Shown in pieces: positions 1-11,718 of a stretch of DNA of 51,474 bases. A program made the position numbers and the translations under genes. The notes below the pieces were generated by a model that searched no databases, was not told where the DNA came from, and worked only from the letters and a program-made list of their open reading frames with translations. Source of the DNA: Chrysochromulina tobinii (taxonomy: Eukaryota); NCBI GenBank assembly GCA_001275005.1, contig JWZX01003106.1, positions 1-51,474 of the forward strand. The letters run 5' to 3'. The first letter of the stretch is position 1, and every line of letters begins with the position of its first letter.

Positions 1-463
1 GGGGGGGCTTCTTGGGGGGGGCGTGGGCAGACTCTTCGACGAACCCTGACGAAACCTCGGCACCGCGTCGAAGAACCCTCTCCGCCATCCTGATCCGATC
101 GTCATCTCGCTTGTCTCGCTCGTCTCGCTTGTCCGCTTCGTCATCCTCGGAGATGGGCATCGTGATGGTCGCCCTCGATGGGAGCTCGCGGGAGATCACC
201 CGAGATCTCGCCGGAGATCTCGCCTGCGAGGTGTGCGAGGATATTCTGCAGCAAGTTGCCCTGGATCCACCCGCCCTGATCCACTCGTCTTCTAGCTCGT
301 CCGCGTCGTCACCCTCACCGAGCTCCTCGAGGTCTTTGGGAGAGAGCGCGTGGGTATGAGGCGCGTGGGACGCATGGGTAGATCACAGGAATCTCTGGGG
401 ACTTAGCTCTTAGGACTTGCTCTGGGGAGACGATAGAGGATAGTAAATCTCCTTAGTATAATG

Positions 464-582
464 TGTAGAAGGCCCCCCGCCGTGTGTGAAACCTGGGTTA
501 GGGGGTAGAGATGTGTGGGCAACGGCCCTCATGATTGAGTGAGCCGAGCGAGCGAGTACTGTCTGGCCGAGAAGGCCCTACA
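464..582 (-). mobile_element. Possible short LTR (119 bp) of a retroelement running off the left edge
   Basis: Bounded by inverted TGTAG...CTACA (TG..CA). To its left an open minus-strand frame (…SPKDLEELGEGDDADELEDEW…MPISEDDEADKRD…HAPPKKPP) runs off the window. No TSD or clear PBS is visible. Confidence 0.3.
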
Positions 583-671
583 TTGTGCATTTAACCAAGC
601 GTGACAACTTGTGTGAATTCGGAAGCGACGTGGCAACGGTTCTTTGTTGACAAGGGTGACGGTCGCACGAC

Positions 672-1181
672 ATGGCCAAGAAGGGGGCCCTGCTCAAGAA
701 GGAGGGGTCGATCAAGAAATCCGCATCACCGAAAGATACGGCCAAAGGGCAGGGCATCGTGAAGAAGAAGCATTCATTGGTCGCTGGAGGCAAGCGGGCT
801 CTTGTCCAGAGGCTGGAGGCTGAGGCGGCGAGCAGTAAGTCTGGCTTAAGCACAAAGGCAAAGGCGCGCAAGGCCAAGGCGTCCAACGCGGTCATCTTGG
901 GCGCGGTGGATGGCCTGAAGGCTTCGCTTGACGAGCTTCTCGCCGCGAACGCTCAGGTGCATCGACAGAGAGCAGAGGTGGAACTGGGAGGTTCACTGAC
1001 GAGCAAACGGAGGCAGAAGATCGTGGCCGAGGAAACGAAACACTTGCAGGCCGTGCTGGCGCACCCAGCCTTTGTTGCCGACCCCTTTGGTGCGCTGCAG
1101 GAGCATCTAAGCAACACCATGGCGGCCATGGAGGAGAAGGCCAAAGAGCGAGGGGGAGGGCCTAGCCGCTCAAAGCGCTAG
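672..1181 (+). CDS. Ribosome biogenesis protein, SLX9/FAM207A-like
   Basis: Lys-rich N-terminus; C-terminal KRRQKIVAEETKHLQAVLAHPAFVADPFGALQEHLSNT matches the SLX9 family pattern. Confidence 0.75.
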   Translation: MAKKGALLKKEGSIKKSASPKDTAKGQGIVKKKHSLVAGGKRALVQRLEAEAASSKSGLSTKAKARKAKASNAVILGAVDGLKASLDELLAANAQVHRQRAEVELGGSLTSKRRQKIVAEETKHLQAVLAHPAFVADPFGALQEHLSNTMAAMEEKAKERGGGPSRSKR

Positions 1182-1562
1182 ATGTACTGAGATCTCTCCC
1201 GGCAGTGTACAACGTTTGGGACCATGTCAAGCCCCAAATCTCTCCGGTGGGTCTGTTTCAGGTGTATGGCAATATAACGAGCACACGGATCGAGGGTGTA
1301 TCAGTACAGCGTTCACACAGCAACACATGGATCTGAGTTCATCGGTCTCCCCCGCAAAGTCACGCTCTGCGGCGCCTGCACAGCCCGCACAGGCTCCGCG
1401 CCAGGCGAGGGGCAGGCGGCCAGCGCGCCTGAGCGTAGTCCGTAGAGAGATCGCGCGACCGAGCTCCTGGTAGACATCCCGCGTGGCAGCACACGGTGTC
1501 GTGCCGTTGGAACTCGAGTGCACGCATGGCATGCGGCGCGTGCAGCACAAGCCCGGGTGCCC

Positions 1563-1776
1563 GCTCGTTCACAGTCGAGGATGAGCTCGTGTCACAGTCG
1601 AGGATGAGCTCGTTCACAGTCGAGGATGAGCTCGTTCAAAGTCGATGATGAGCTCGTTCACAGTCGAGGATGAGCTCGTGTCACAGTCGATGATGAGCTC
1701 GTGTCACAGTCGAGGATGAGCTCGTTCACAGTCGAGGATGAGCTCGTTCACAGTCGATGATGAGATCGTTCACAGC
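1563..1776. repeat. Minisatellite, about 9.5 copies of a 22/23-bp unit GCTCGT(T/GT)CACAGTCGA(G/T)GATGA
   Basis: Units read directly at 1563, 1585, 1608, 1630, 1652, 1674, 1697, 1720, 1742 and a partial unit at 1764; no spacers. Confidence 0.95.
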
Positions 1777-1836
1777 CGAACGTCAGCTCAACCCCCGACG
1801 ACGCCCGCGGCTCCACTGGCGCCTTCGCGTGCGCCT

Positions 1837-2149
1837 TCACGCGTCTGTGAGGCTGCGCTTGCGCGAGCGTGTGGACATCAGCGCCGGAGTACTTGGTGCT
1901 GTCGGAGACGTGAGCACAGCAGCGCCAGTTCGCGGATGCTCACGTCCGGCAAGCCCGCGGCCTGTCACCGGACTCTTGTAGCTTGCATGCCCGGGTACGC
2001 AGCGAGACGACGTGGGGGCACAGGGTGTGCGAGCGGAGATGGGGCTGCTCTCGAGTGTGGCACGTTCACGCGCCTCGGGGGATGAGCGCGGATGCGCCGT
2101 CGTGGTGGCACGCGCCCGCTTGCTCGCCTGTGGACACGCCACCTGCGCC

Positions 2150-2180
<31 letters not shown>

Positions 2181-2694
2181 ATGATGCTCGTGGCGACCGG
2201 CGATCAGACGTGTCGAGAGCTTTCCTCGGAGCACTGGGAGCGGTGGCCGGCAGCCCGAGCATCGAGAGAGCCTCCTCGAGCATTGCATTTGGCGCGGACA
2301 CACGGTGCGCTCTGACGGGCGAGGTTGCAGTTGACCCAGCAGCAGCTGCTGCTGCGGGCTCTGATGGTGTACTGACGCACGGTTGTTCGTTGCGGGCAGC
2401 CGCTGCAGCTCGGCGCGCTGGGAAGTCGATGGTGAGCACGTCGACCTGGTCGGTACCGGACGGTGTGCACCGAAACGAAACGCGATGCGCCCGGTTGCGA
2501 TGTGCCGCGGCGCCGAGCTCCAGGTCGAGCTGGGCGACGAGCTTGAGCAATGGCACAGAGTCATCCTGGTGCTTGCGCCGAAGCTGATCCCACGAAGCGT
2601 CAGCAAGCAACGAGCGGGCCACCGCACCGACCGTCTCTAACGGCAGAGCAGTCTCCACCGTAAAGCTGCGTGGCTCGAGCTCGGGGTTGCTCAT
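1837..2694 (-). CDS. Hypothetical protein (globular N-terminus, Ser/Ala/Pro-rich C-terminus)
   Basis: Open frame from ATG 2694 (MSNPELEPRSFTVETALPL…); poly-Ser encoded by the (TGA)n tract near 2161-2185. Confidence 0.5.
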
Positions 2695-2788
2695 GGAGGA
2701 GCGCGAGGGACACGTGCAACGCGGAAGGGCGTTCGCGCCCTGTAGCACCCTGCTTAGGGAACAAGTGTGAATGTGAATCAACTAATTC

Positions 2789-3589
2789 CTATGATGACTT
2801 CAGCGCCAAGTCCGGGCTGCCGTACGTAGTGAGCGCCGGGTCGCCCAACGCCATCGCCGAACGGGCTGCCATAGCATGCATTGCCACGTCGGCTACTTGC
2901 CGCAGGTCGTAGCGCAGCTCTCGCTCGACGGCGGCATTGCGTGCGAGCAGGCCCTCTGCACGGCCAATGCGCTCGTGGGCGACGAGCAGTTCATCCTGCA
3001 ATTGCGCCTCGCGTGCCAGCGATGCGTGCAGGTCGGTTCGCAGCGTGTGCACTTCGTGCTTCAAGATGAGCGCGTTGGTTTCAGCAAGATGCCTGCGCAG
3101 ATCTGCATTCACCTGCACGGCGCGCGCCTCGCGTTCCCGAAACGCCGCCAACTGAAGCGTCAACTCGCGAACCTGTAGGCTCAGCACTGCCTCTCGGCGT
3201 CGTGCGTCTGCAATGAGGGATGCTGCGCGCTTTGGTAAGCCGTGGGTCGCATGCTTCGACGGCGGCAGCGGCAAAAGTGACCGCAGCTTTAGTATCACGG
3301 CGTCCTTGATGGCCAACAGCCTGAGGAGGTTGTCAAGGTCATCCTCGCGCGGCACTCGCTCAGCGGCATCAAAGTTCACATTTGTGCCAGAAGCCCTGAG
3401 TGTCTCCGTTTGAATCAGGGCATCACGCTTCTGGGCGATGGCCGTAGGCTCGTCGTCCCTCAGCGCCGCAGCTCGTGGGTAGAGCGCGCGCATCATCGAG
3501 GTGAGGGCAGTGAGGTGACTGCCAGGCGCGGCAGCGGCGGTGGCGGCGGGCGGCGGCGGCGGCGGCGGAAGCGGCGACTCGTGCCGCAT
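2789..3589 (-). CDS. Hypothetical coiled-coil protein
   Basis: ORF from ATG 3589 (MRHESPLPPPP…) with a heptad-like L/E/R-rich C-terminal half. Confidence 0.6.
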   Translation of the reverse strand: MRHESPLPPPPPPPAATAAAAPGSHLTALTSMMRALYPRAAALRDDEPTAIAQKRDALIQTETLRASGTNVNFDAAERVPREDDLDNLLRLLAIKDAVILKLRSLLPLPPSKHATHGLPKRAASLIADARRREAVLSLQVRELTLQLAAFREREARAVQVNADLRRHLAETNALILKHEVHTLRTDLHASLAREAQLQDELLVAHERIGRAEGLLARNAAVERELRYDLRQVADVAMHAMAARSAMALGDPALTTYGSPDLALKSS

Positions 3590-3687
3590 TGCGCTTTTCC
3601 ACGACTCGTGAAGTCCGTGAACCAAGGGTCCCAGCCCCTTGCGTGAACACACTAACAGCCCTCACTGGAACATAAAAGTGGGCGTCG

Positions 3688-5136
3688 ATGCGGGCGCGGC
3701 CCTCACGCACGGTTTCGTTGCCCAGTTGCATGCACGATCGCGAGCTTTGGCCCTGCAATGAGGTCGCTCCACGTGTGCATGTGCTCGGGACCAAGATGCC
3801 GAACACTGTCGCGGTCGGCGTGCTCTCGGGCTCCTCGGAACGCTTCTCCAGGCGACGCACAGTGCCTCGCGCAGCGTGGCTGCAGACGACGCCGAAGACC
3901 ATGATCGTCCGATTTGTGCTGCGCTGCGGCACGATGGCATTGACTTCGCTGCAGGCGGCCGATCGCGGTGACACGCTATGTGCACCCGTCGCCTCCGAGA
4001 AGAACGGCCGACTGCGTGGGCCTCTGCTCGCCCTCGTCTGGTGGCTCGAGCACGCACTCACCTATGAGCCGCGCTTCGTGTGCAAGGCGGACGATGACGT
4101 GTACCTGCATCTTCCCGACCTTGAGAAGCATTTGCTCGAGATCCCGGCGGCAGCCGCTCCGTTCGCGTGGGTCGGCCGGATTCTGTACATACAGCTAGCG
4201 ACGAGTGATATCAACCGAACCTACACATTTCACCATTTCAGCGAGACAGCGATGCAGGCGCGCCGGAAGCACCCTCCAGAGCTCTGTGCTGGCCTGAGCA
4301 ACGTGAGTGTGTGCGCCGGCCCGCTGCCATTCGCGTGTGGCCCCTTCTATGCGCTCGGGACAGCGGCGGTGCTCGCACTTGTGCGCAACCATACGCACCG
4401 ACGACGGCTCGACAGCGACCTGGCCGCGTTGCGTGCTCTCCCGACGACGCACGGCAAGGTGCTCGATGACGTGTGGCTCGGCGCGGCGCTGTGGCGATTC
4501 GTTGGAGGCGCGATCCCGCTCAACCTCTTCCAGGTGCCGTGCCCTCAGCCGCGCCCTCGGATGGCACCTCTGACTGCGTCTTGATGCTCAGCGGATGGCA
4601 CACCTCTGACTGCGCTCTCACTCGTCCACTCCCCCCCTGGTTACGCTCGTGGTGATGCCACCGTGCCTCCGTCGCTCCCCCCCTTGTCCTGTATCCTCCT
4701 CCAGATGCACCCACCGTTCTACTCTGATGACTCGTCGAGATTCGACGCGCAGCGCCTCAGCGCGGCGATCGTCTGGCACAACCGGCTCAAGTTCGTCAAC
4801 CGGATCCGCGTACTACATGCGCTCAAGACGGCGCGAGGCGGCGCCTACCACTGCTCCGCTACCCTCTCGTGGCGCGTGCTGCGCCATCACTGCTGCGGCA
4901 GCAGGGCCCGCGGCCGGGCGGACATGCAGTACACCGAGCCGGGCGAGGCGACGCGCGCGACGCCCAAGGGCCTGCCATGGCCTATCTGGGTAGCGTCGAG
5001 CGTTGTGCCAAGCCACGTATCGAGATGCGAGTCGTACAACCGCTCGTCGCGCCGCATTGACCTCATGAAGCGGCACGTGTGGGTCAAGCTCGGCTTGGAG
5101 TTGAAGGACACATTCTCGCTTGTCGAGCAAGCGTGA
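3688..5136 (+). CDS. Glycosyltransferase family 31 (beta-1,3-galactosyltransferase-like), 2 exons; intron 4534-4704
   Basis: FVCKADDDVYL (DxD motif), PFACGPFYAL and DDVWLG motifs. A phase-0 GT…CAG intron joins ORF 3688-4584 to ORF 4663-5136 in frame. Start codon uncertain (3688 or 3796). Confidence 0.75.
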
Positions 5137-5212
5137 GACTGAGTGCGACGTCCTCCCGTAACGCAGCGCGCGTAGGAATTTCCATTTTCCAAAGACAGTT
5201 GAGGGAAACAAT

Positions 5213-6586
5213 TTGGCCATTGTGGGCAGTGATAGCACTCACTCCTCTCCGTTCTCCCCACAGGGGAGTCGGCCCACGCTCGGCAGTCGCTCGGCGTGTG
5301 AGCCCCCATTCACAATGAGAAAGGAGGGGCAGATGAGTAATTCCGCGCAATGCGCCATGAATTGCTCAACAGCGGAGGCGGCCCCAGCGGCGGTGCTCAT
5401 CTTCACTCCGTCGTCCAAGCTGCTTGTCAGCTGCGCTGTCGGCGCGTACGCGCAGCGGCCGGTGTTCGAGCCGCTCCCACTCTGCCAGCTGCTCTCGACG
5501 ATGCAAGGCGTTGCGGGTCACCCGCAGTCAGGCTACGTGGAGCTGCACGGCATGAGCGTGTTGCTGCTCGAGGGCGACTCGATGATTGTGGCGGTGCTGT
5601 GTGGGCGTGCGGCGTCCAGGAGTGCCCTTGGTGCGGCGCGGCTGCTCGGGCTGCAGGTGCTCAACACCTTTGGCAAGCTGCACCACGACCGTCTGGGTGC
5701 ACTCGACACACAGCACGAGCAGGCCCTCAACGCCGCGGTGACTTCGTACACGTTCCACAGCGCGACGAGCTCCCATCCATCCGACGGTAGTGGCATCGCA
5801 GCCGGCGAGGGCAGCTCCGCGACGACGCTGCCCGAGTTCGTCGAGTTTGAGCGCTCGTACGTCCTGCCGCTGCTTCTGCGTCCGCCGGCCGACGTCTTGT
5901 GGTTACAACCGTTGATGAACCTGGGCGCCACGATATGCGCGATGCTGCTGCGGCCGCCCTTGTCGCCGCCCGCGACCTCCGAGGACGGCGTGCTGCTCGC
6001 CACGGCGCCGCGCGCGTGCATATCTGGAGGGCTCGAGGGCAGCGTCGGGGCGCACGTGCCGCTGCTGTGGAATGGCGTGATGACGGAGGCACTCAGCCTG
6101 ACGCGGCTGGCGAGCAAGGCAGCTCACGGCCCCGGCAGCGGCGCGAGGGGTGGAGGCAGTGGCAGCGGCGGCGCGGGCCCGAGTGCGTCGCCCAACACGG
6201 CGCGCATGCGGTTGGGCGTGCTTGCCTTTCCAGAGCTACGGGACGCTGGCGGCGAGTGCGTACACGTGGTGATGCGGGCGGTACGCATCACGCCCATCCT
6301 GCCCGAAGGCGCCTGCTTCGCCGTCTTCTTCAGCGCCGTCGCGCCGGGTGCAGAGCCAGACGCGAGCGGGGCGGTGCGCCGTACGGAGGGTGCGTTGCCA
6401 GCCGGGTTGCACGACGCGCTCGAGCAGGCGGCGCACTTGGTGGAGGCTGCCTTCCCAACTGCTGTGTCGAGCCTGGCGGACGCGATTAGCGCACTGACCA
6501 GCGGAGCGCCGCCGATGACACCCACATCATCATCATCATCATCATCATCATCTTCGTTCTCGCTCGAAATTCTGACGCCGCGTTAG
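5213..6586 (+). CDS. Hypothetical protein, N-terminal region possibly longin/roadblock-like
   Basis: 457-aa ORF (true start probably 5315-5357). AAVLIFTPSSKLLVS…YVELHGMSVLLLEGDSMIVAVLC has a longin-like secondary-structure pattern; the fold call is weak. Confidence 0.55.
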   Translation: MAIVGSDSTHSSPFSPQGSRPTLGSRSACEPPFTMRKEGQMSNSAQCAMNCSTAEAAPAAVLIFTPSSKLLVSCAVGAYAQRPVFEPLPLCQLLSTMQGVAGHPQSGYVELHGMSVLLLEGDSMIVAVLCGRAASRSALGAARLLGLQVLNTFGKLHHDRLGALDTQHEQALNAAVTSYTFHSATSSHPSDGSGIAAGEGSSATTLPEFVEFERSYVLPLLLRPPADVLWLQPLMNLGATICAMLLRPPLSPPATSEDGVLLATAPRACISGGLEGSVGAHVPLLWNGVMTEALSLTRLASKAAHGPGSGARGGGSGSGGAGPSASPNTARMRLGVLAFPELRDAGGECVHVVMRAVRITPILPEGACFAVFFSAVAPGAEPDASGAVRRTEGALPAGLHDALEQAAHLVEAAFPTAVSSLADAISALTSGAPPMTPTSSSSSSSSSSFSLEILTPR

Positions 6587-6748
6587 CGTGCGAATCAGGT
6601 CACGACACGATTTACGGAGTGGAAGCGGTGCCGGACTCCGAGACCGTGGAGTGGTGATCGTGGTTGGTACCGTGAAAACGAACATGTGTGTCCATTTTTT
6701 GGGGCTTCCATCCCTGTGAACGTTCACGGCCCCTTCGCTTTGCCTGCC

Positions 6749-9700
6749 ATGAGCGTCTTTAACGACCAGTCCGGACTGGATGAGGAGGAGGTCCCTGAGG
6801 GCACGCCCGGGCCGAGCAGCGCGGGTGCGCCACGCGCGCGCTCCACGATTAGCTTGTGCGGCACATCACGCGTGCACACCAACCTCTTGCACCGCTGCGC
6901 CATCTCTCCCCGCGCGCTCTCTCGTCCGTTCCGTCCGCGTCCCGATGATTTACTCCTGCCACCGTCGCAGCCATCGCCGTCTCTCGCCGCCATACCACCA
7001 CTGTCGCCACCAACACCATCGTCACCATCGCCACCACCATCACCACTGTCACCGCCATCGCCACCACTGTCACCACCGCCATCTTCCCCACTGCTCCTCT
7101 GCTGCTGCAGCCGCTGCGCACGCGCCCGGCCGCACGACTCGTACACTCGTACGCGCGTCTTACCTCTTGACTCTCCCCCCCCCCTCTCCTCTCCGCCTTT
7201 GTTTGCTGCGCAGGTGCAGACCCGCAGTCGACCTGGGCGCGTCTCACAGCCCCACATAACCACGAGCGCAAGTCGCCCAACGAGCCGGCGCCCACCACGG
7301 CGCTCACCACGGCGCTCGATGCCAAATACAGTCCGGCGAGCGCCGTGGTGAGCGCCGATGGGACCAGGCGCACGGGCGACTACCGGCTGGTGCCGGCGCT
7401 CAAGGTCGCGTCGATCTTCAGCCCGAGTGCCCATGACGGCGCTGTCGCCGGTTCACCGAGCGGCGCCGTCATGGGCACTCCAGGCAGCGAACCCCACGCG
7501 CCCCACGCGCCCAAGACGGCGCCCACGGCGCTCGCGCACTCGTCCCCCAGGACTCTCCAGGTGCAGCCAAGGCGATACCTGAGCACGCCGCTCGCAGACG
7601 AGATCGCGGACAAGGTGCTCGAGGCGACGCGTCCGCTGCTCGAGGCTAAGGGCATCGCGGACGCTCGCACAATGGCGGCCCCCGTGCTGCTTCCGCGCAG
7701 ATCCGGCACCGGGCTGGTGCTCGGCTCGGCAGAGGTCGTCTCGGAGGTGCGCTGCTGGCGTCTGATTGCATGCTGATGGCCTCCCTCATCAGGTCGTCTC
7801 GGAGGTGCGCTGCTGGCGTCTGATTGCGCATGATTGGGACTGCTGGCGTCTGATGGCGTCTGCATGGCTTCTGATTGCCTGCTGCGCTTGCGCTCTCTGA
7901 GTGCATGCTGATGGCCTCCCTCATCAGGTGTGCGAGGTCTTCGCCGCATGGGATGCCGCCATCGGCGAGCGCACCCTCGCGCAGCTGGGCGACGACCTGA
8001 ACCTCCCTGAGCAGCTTCGCCTGTCTCTGGCGCACGCGGGGGTCGAAATTAAGATGGCGAAGCGCGCATGGAAGCTCAAGGTGCGTCGGGATGGCCCTCC
8101 CCGAGTGCATGCTATCGCCCTCCCCGAGTGCATGCTAATGGCCCTCCCCCAATCGCGTGCAGATGCGTGAGCACACCGAAGAGCGGCTCGCGATCGCCGA
8201 TGAGCTGCGTGCCTTCTCAGCTCACTTGATGAAGTCCGCAAAGGCTGCTACCGACGCGCGGCACAAGCAGAGCGCCGAAAGCAATATGGAGGCGCCTGTG
8301 CTGGTATTCACAGAGGAGACTGAATTCACATTCACAGAGGATCAGCTCCGTCAGCAGCGGCCGGGCGATGCCAAGGCGACCGAAGCTGACTCAACGCCTC
8401 TGGAGCCCGCCTCGGTGCCCTTTCACGCCTCGCCAATCGACCCCGATACATTTCATACCTTTAGCTATGAGCATGGGGTCGCGGCGACCCTTTTGCAAGC
8501 ACGCGCTCGCGGCAACGCCGACCGTGCCAGAGCCGCCCGGTTGAGGCAGGAGCTCGAGGCCAAGTTAGGTAGGCCGCCCAACAAGCTGGAGCTGGCTGAG
8601 GCGACCATCGAAGGGCTCAGGCTGAGACTGGCCGAGGCTGAGGCTGCCCAGGCGGCGGCAGCCGAGGCGGCTGCCCAGGCCGCTGCAAAGGCCCTGTTGC
8701 AACCACGCAATAGGGGCAGGAGGTGGCAGCAGTCCGGCCTTGTCGACATCCCGGCATTGACGAAACAATTGACGACTCCCCAGGTGGCGCGCAATCCTAC
8801 CTCGCCCGCTATCAACGTGATGACGCTCAAGATTGGGGCGGCCAGCGAGCGTTGGGTCGGACGAGTCCGTACCGCAGAGGAGAAAGCGGCCGCCGCAGAG
8901 AAGGCGGCGGCCGCAGAGTTCGAGTTTCGCGCTGCAGCACAGAAGGCCGCCGAAGAGAAGGGTGTCGCAGAGAAGGCCGCCGCGGAGAAGGCCGCCGCGG
9001 AGAAGGCTGCTGAGGTGGAGAAGGCTGCTGCGGAGAAGGCTGCGAAGATGCTTGCAGCAGAGAAGGCCGCGAAAGCCTGCACGGATCAGACGACAAGCAC
9101 CACCGACCTCGAGCAGGAGCCGCCGCCAACCCCACGACTCCTGCGCTCCCCTTCGCCGCGCATGCCGAGCAGCACCGCTGCCGTGGAGCGCGTCATCTCA
9201 CCCACCCACCTGCTGCGCTTCGTCACCGGCTCGCCCACCCCGCTCCTGCGCTTCGTCAACGGCTCGCCAGCAGCGTGCGCCGCGCTCCTGCACGAGGCGT
9301 CCACAGCACGCCTGGCCGGCTCGTCCCTGGCGGCGAAGGTGAGGGGCGCCGAGGGCGTCTGGGCGTTCACAGCTGTGTCCACAGCCGACGACGTCTGGGC
9401 GGGAGCCGCGGGTGCCACACCTCGGCTCGCGAGATCATTGCAAGAGCCGACACGCCAAGTAGAAGCCAGCACGGTCGCGCGTTGTGTGTCGGCCGCAGCG
9501 CACGCGCATTCCCTGCGCGTGCGCCACTCCAACCAACCCACCAACGAGTCGATCACCCATGCAAAGGCCGTGGTACAGGCTCTGCAGCTGCGGCCGGGCA
9601 CGACCCTCAGCAGACCAACGTCGAGGGGACGAATGCCGTCGCGCCACAAGTGGACAGCCGCACAGGGCCAGTGGGCAGCCGTGTCGGCGCTCTCGGCAAG

Positions 9701-9800
9701 CTTCCCGGGAAGCAAGGCCGCGGCCAAACACGCTGGGTTCCGCTTGCCGACGGCATCAGCGTCGTTCCTTTCGGCGGCCCGTAGTTTCAATTCTGGTTGA
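6749..9800 (+). CDS. Multi-exon hypothetical protein with AEKAA (Ala/Glu/Lys) repeats; exons 6749-6824, 7214-7746, 7928-8080, 8163-9800 (alternative micro-exon 7793-7804)
   Basis: GT-AG introns in phases 1, 0 and 0 join four ORF pieces in frame; AEKAA repeats near 8875-9075. Confidence 0.65.
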
Positions 9801-9989
9801 GACTGCGTTTTGCTGCTGAGATTGTGTAGGAAGTGTTGAAGAGATGCCGCGCGTCGCGCTAAGGGATTTCCCAGAGGTGTGTTTGTTCGTGCCACCATGT
9901 GCCACGTGGCACGGCCAACCAACTGTGCTTGAAGTCGGTCGCGGTGTGAGGTAACGCCGAAAAGCGCGCCGTCCTCCCGCCAAGCACCG

Positions 9990-10934
9990 ATGCGCCTCCT
10001 CGCGGGTTGGTCAATTTTGGTCGCGAGCACGGCCGCATACGATGACGCCCGCTGCTCGGAGTACTCCACGCTCGGCTACTGCACGCAGAGCGACACGAAA
10101 ACATACATGATGCGCCACTGCACCGCCCACTGCGAAGAGGGAGGCGACTTGCATGCGGATCAAGCGGCCGACGAAGACTCGGCGTGTGCGCAGTGGGCGC
10201 TGGATGGGTACTGCACTGACGAAAAGTTCGCCGCGTACATGAGCCAAAACTGCCCGAGCGCATGCGGCGTCGACCCAGCGCCTGCAGACGAGCTGGACGC
10301 ACGGCTCCGGCAAGTTGTCGCCAGCGAGGAGGAAGAGGAGGCGGCGGCGGATGAGGCAGGGCCGTCGTCGCCGACGGAGGATCACACGGAAAGCGCGTCA
10401 CCAAAGAGCAGCTCCACGGCCAAGGAGCCCGAGCACTGCGTCGGATGGGCGCGACAGGGCTTGTGCGAGACTGGCAATCACATCGAGTACATGCGGCTCA
10501 ACTGCGCGCGGGCGTGCGCGACGACACCCGTGGGCTCCGCCGATGAATCCAACGTCGCCGACCCCATCAGGTGCGCGCAATGGGCGCTGCAGGGGTTGTG
10601 CGATGAGGATAGCTCGTACGCGACCTACATGGCTCAGAATTGCGCCGAGGAATGTGAGGCCGAGGTACTGCGCGATCCCAAGGCCGGACTGCCACCGCCC
10701 GCGGACCTGTCGATGATCGGGGTCCTGCTTGCCTTTGGCGGCCTCGCGTACTACCTCGTCCGGCGCACCGTCGTCATGGATTCGGAGCGATCACTCTTTG
10801 TCAAGAAAAAGCTCGGACTCGACGAAGGCATTGGCGCGGGAAAGCTCAACAGGTCGGCAGTGCTCCGGGCGGACAACCATGCCGAGAAGATCGAGGCGCT
10901 GGGCCAGAAACGCTCGGCCAAGAAGATGCGCTGA
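9990..10934 (+). CDS. Membrane-anchored protein with four ShK toxin-like domains
   Basis: Signal peptide; four Cys-patterned repeats, three with C-x2-WA-x2-G-x-C…YM-x2-NC-x3-C; transmembrane segment MIGVLLAFGGLAYYLV. Confidence 0.8.
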   Translation: MRLLAGWSILVASTAAYDDARCSEYSTLGYCTQSDTKTYMMRHCTAHCEEGGDLHADQAADEDSACAQWALDGYCTDEKFAAYMSQNCPSACGVDPAPADELDARLRQVVASEEEEEAAADEAGPSSPTEDHTESASPKSSSTAKEPEHCVGWARQGLCETGNHIEYMRLNCARACATTPVGSADESNVADPIRCAQWALQGLCDEDSSYATYMAQNCAEECEAEVLRDPKAGLPPPADLSMIGVLLAFGGLAYYLVRRTVVMDSERSLFVKKKLGLDEGIGAGKLNRSAVLRADNHAEKIEALGQKRSAKKMR

Positions 10935-11319
10935 GCCTCAGAGGCGCGCTCGAAGGGAGCGTCGTCGCACAGCAGAACTGTGGGGAAACTGTGGGAGCGC
11001 TGGCACCCTGCGTTCACCACTACGTCTCACCTCTCACGTGTGCGAACACAGCATACCAAATAGGGCTCCTACCGCTGCAGCGCGTCACCCGTCACGAGAG
11101 GTATCTTCTCCTATCAGCTATAACCTATGCTGCGTGCGGGTGCGTGCACGGCGCGTTGAAATTTTGGTGGCTCCACTTTCAACACCCGGGCACGCATGCC
11201 GGGGGCACGACGCTCGACGCGGCTCGCGGGGGAGCGTGCGACCTCGCATCGACCGCGATGCCGATCCAACGCGACAAGAATTGAATACAGTCCCACGGTC
11301 GGGCTAAACAAAACGAACC

Positions 11320-11718
11320 CTACAGAACACAACTCATGCGAGCCACCACGCAAGTCATCATCTCGCGTGAGCAACAGCAATCTCGCCACTTCCAGTCTTT
11401 GAAGATTTCAGCCATTGTGCGGTCGCCCTGAGGCTCCGCCTGCTTCTTCGATTTCGGTTGTTGTTTCGGCTGGTCTTTCTGGCGCACCGCCTCCTTCTGC
11501 TTCACATATGATGGCACGTTCTTCGCTTTGCCTGGCACAACCCTATCGTTGACGAGGCGTGGATCATTCTCGAAGCCCTTCTTCAGGTCATCGAACAAAC
11601 CCATTCTCACATGAGCTGATGCCTCTCGCATCACTTGGAGCTGCGTCGGTGATGTGACAAATGCGATGGCGGTCGCGGGCAACGTGAAGAGCAACACGGC
11701 CGGGACCTTGAACGTCAT
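11320..11718 (-). CDS. Small plastid-targeted protein
   Basis: Signal peptide ending A|F followed by a transit-like segment, then MGLFDDLKKGFEND. The 3' end may include a GC-AG intron. Confidence 0.65.
   Translation of the reverse strand: MTFKVPAVLLFTLPATAIAFVTSPTQLQVMREASAHVRMGLFDDLKKGFENDPRLVNDRVVPGKAKNVPSYVKQKEAVRQKDQPKQQPKSKKQAEPQGDRTMAEIFKDWKWRDCCCSREMMTCVVARMSCVL

Noticed and set aside
495..506. Telomeric repeat (GGGTTAGGG)
   Set aside because: Single occurrence, not an array.
1563..1776. CRISPR array
   Set aside because: The repeats are contiguous with no unique spacers, there are no cas genes, and the context is eukaryotic.
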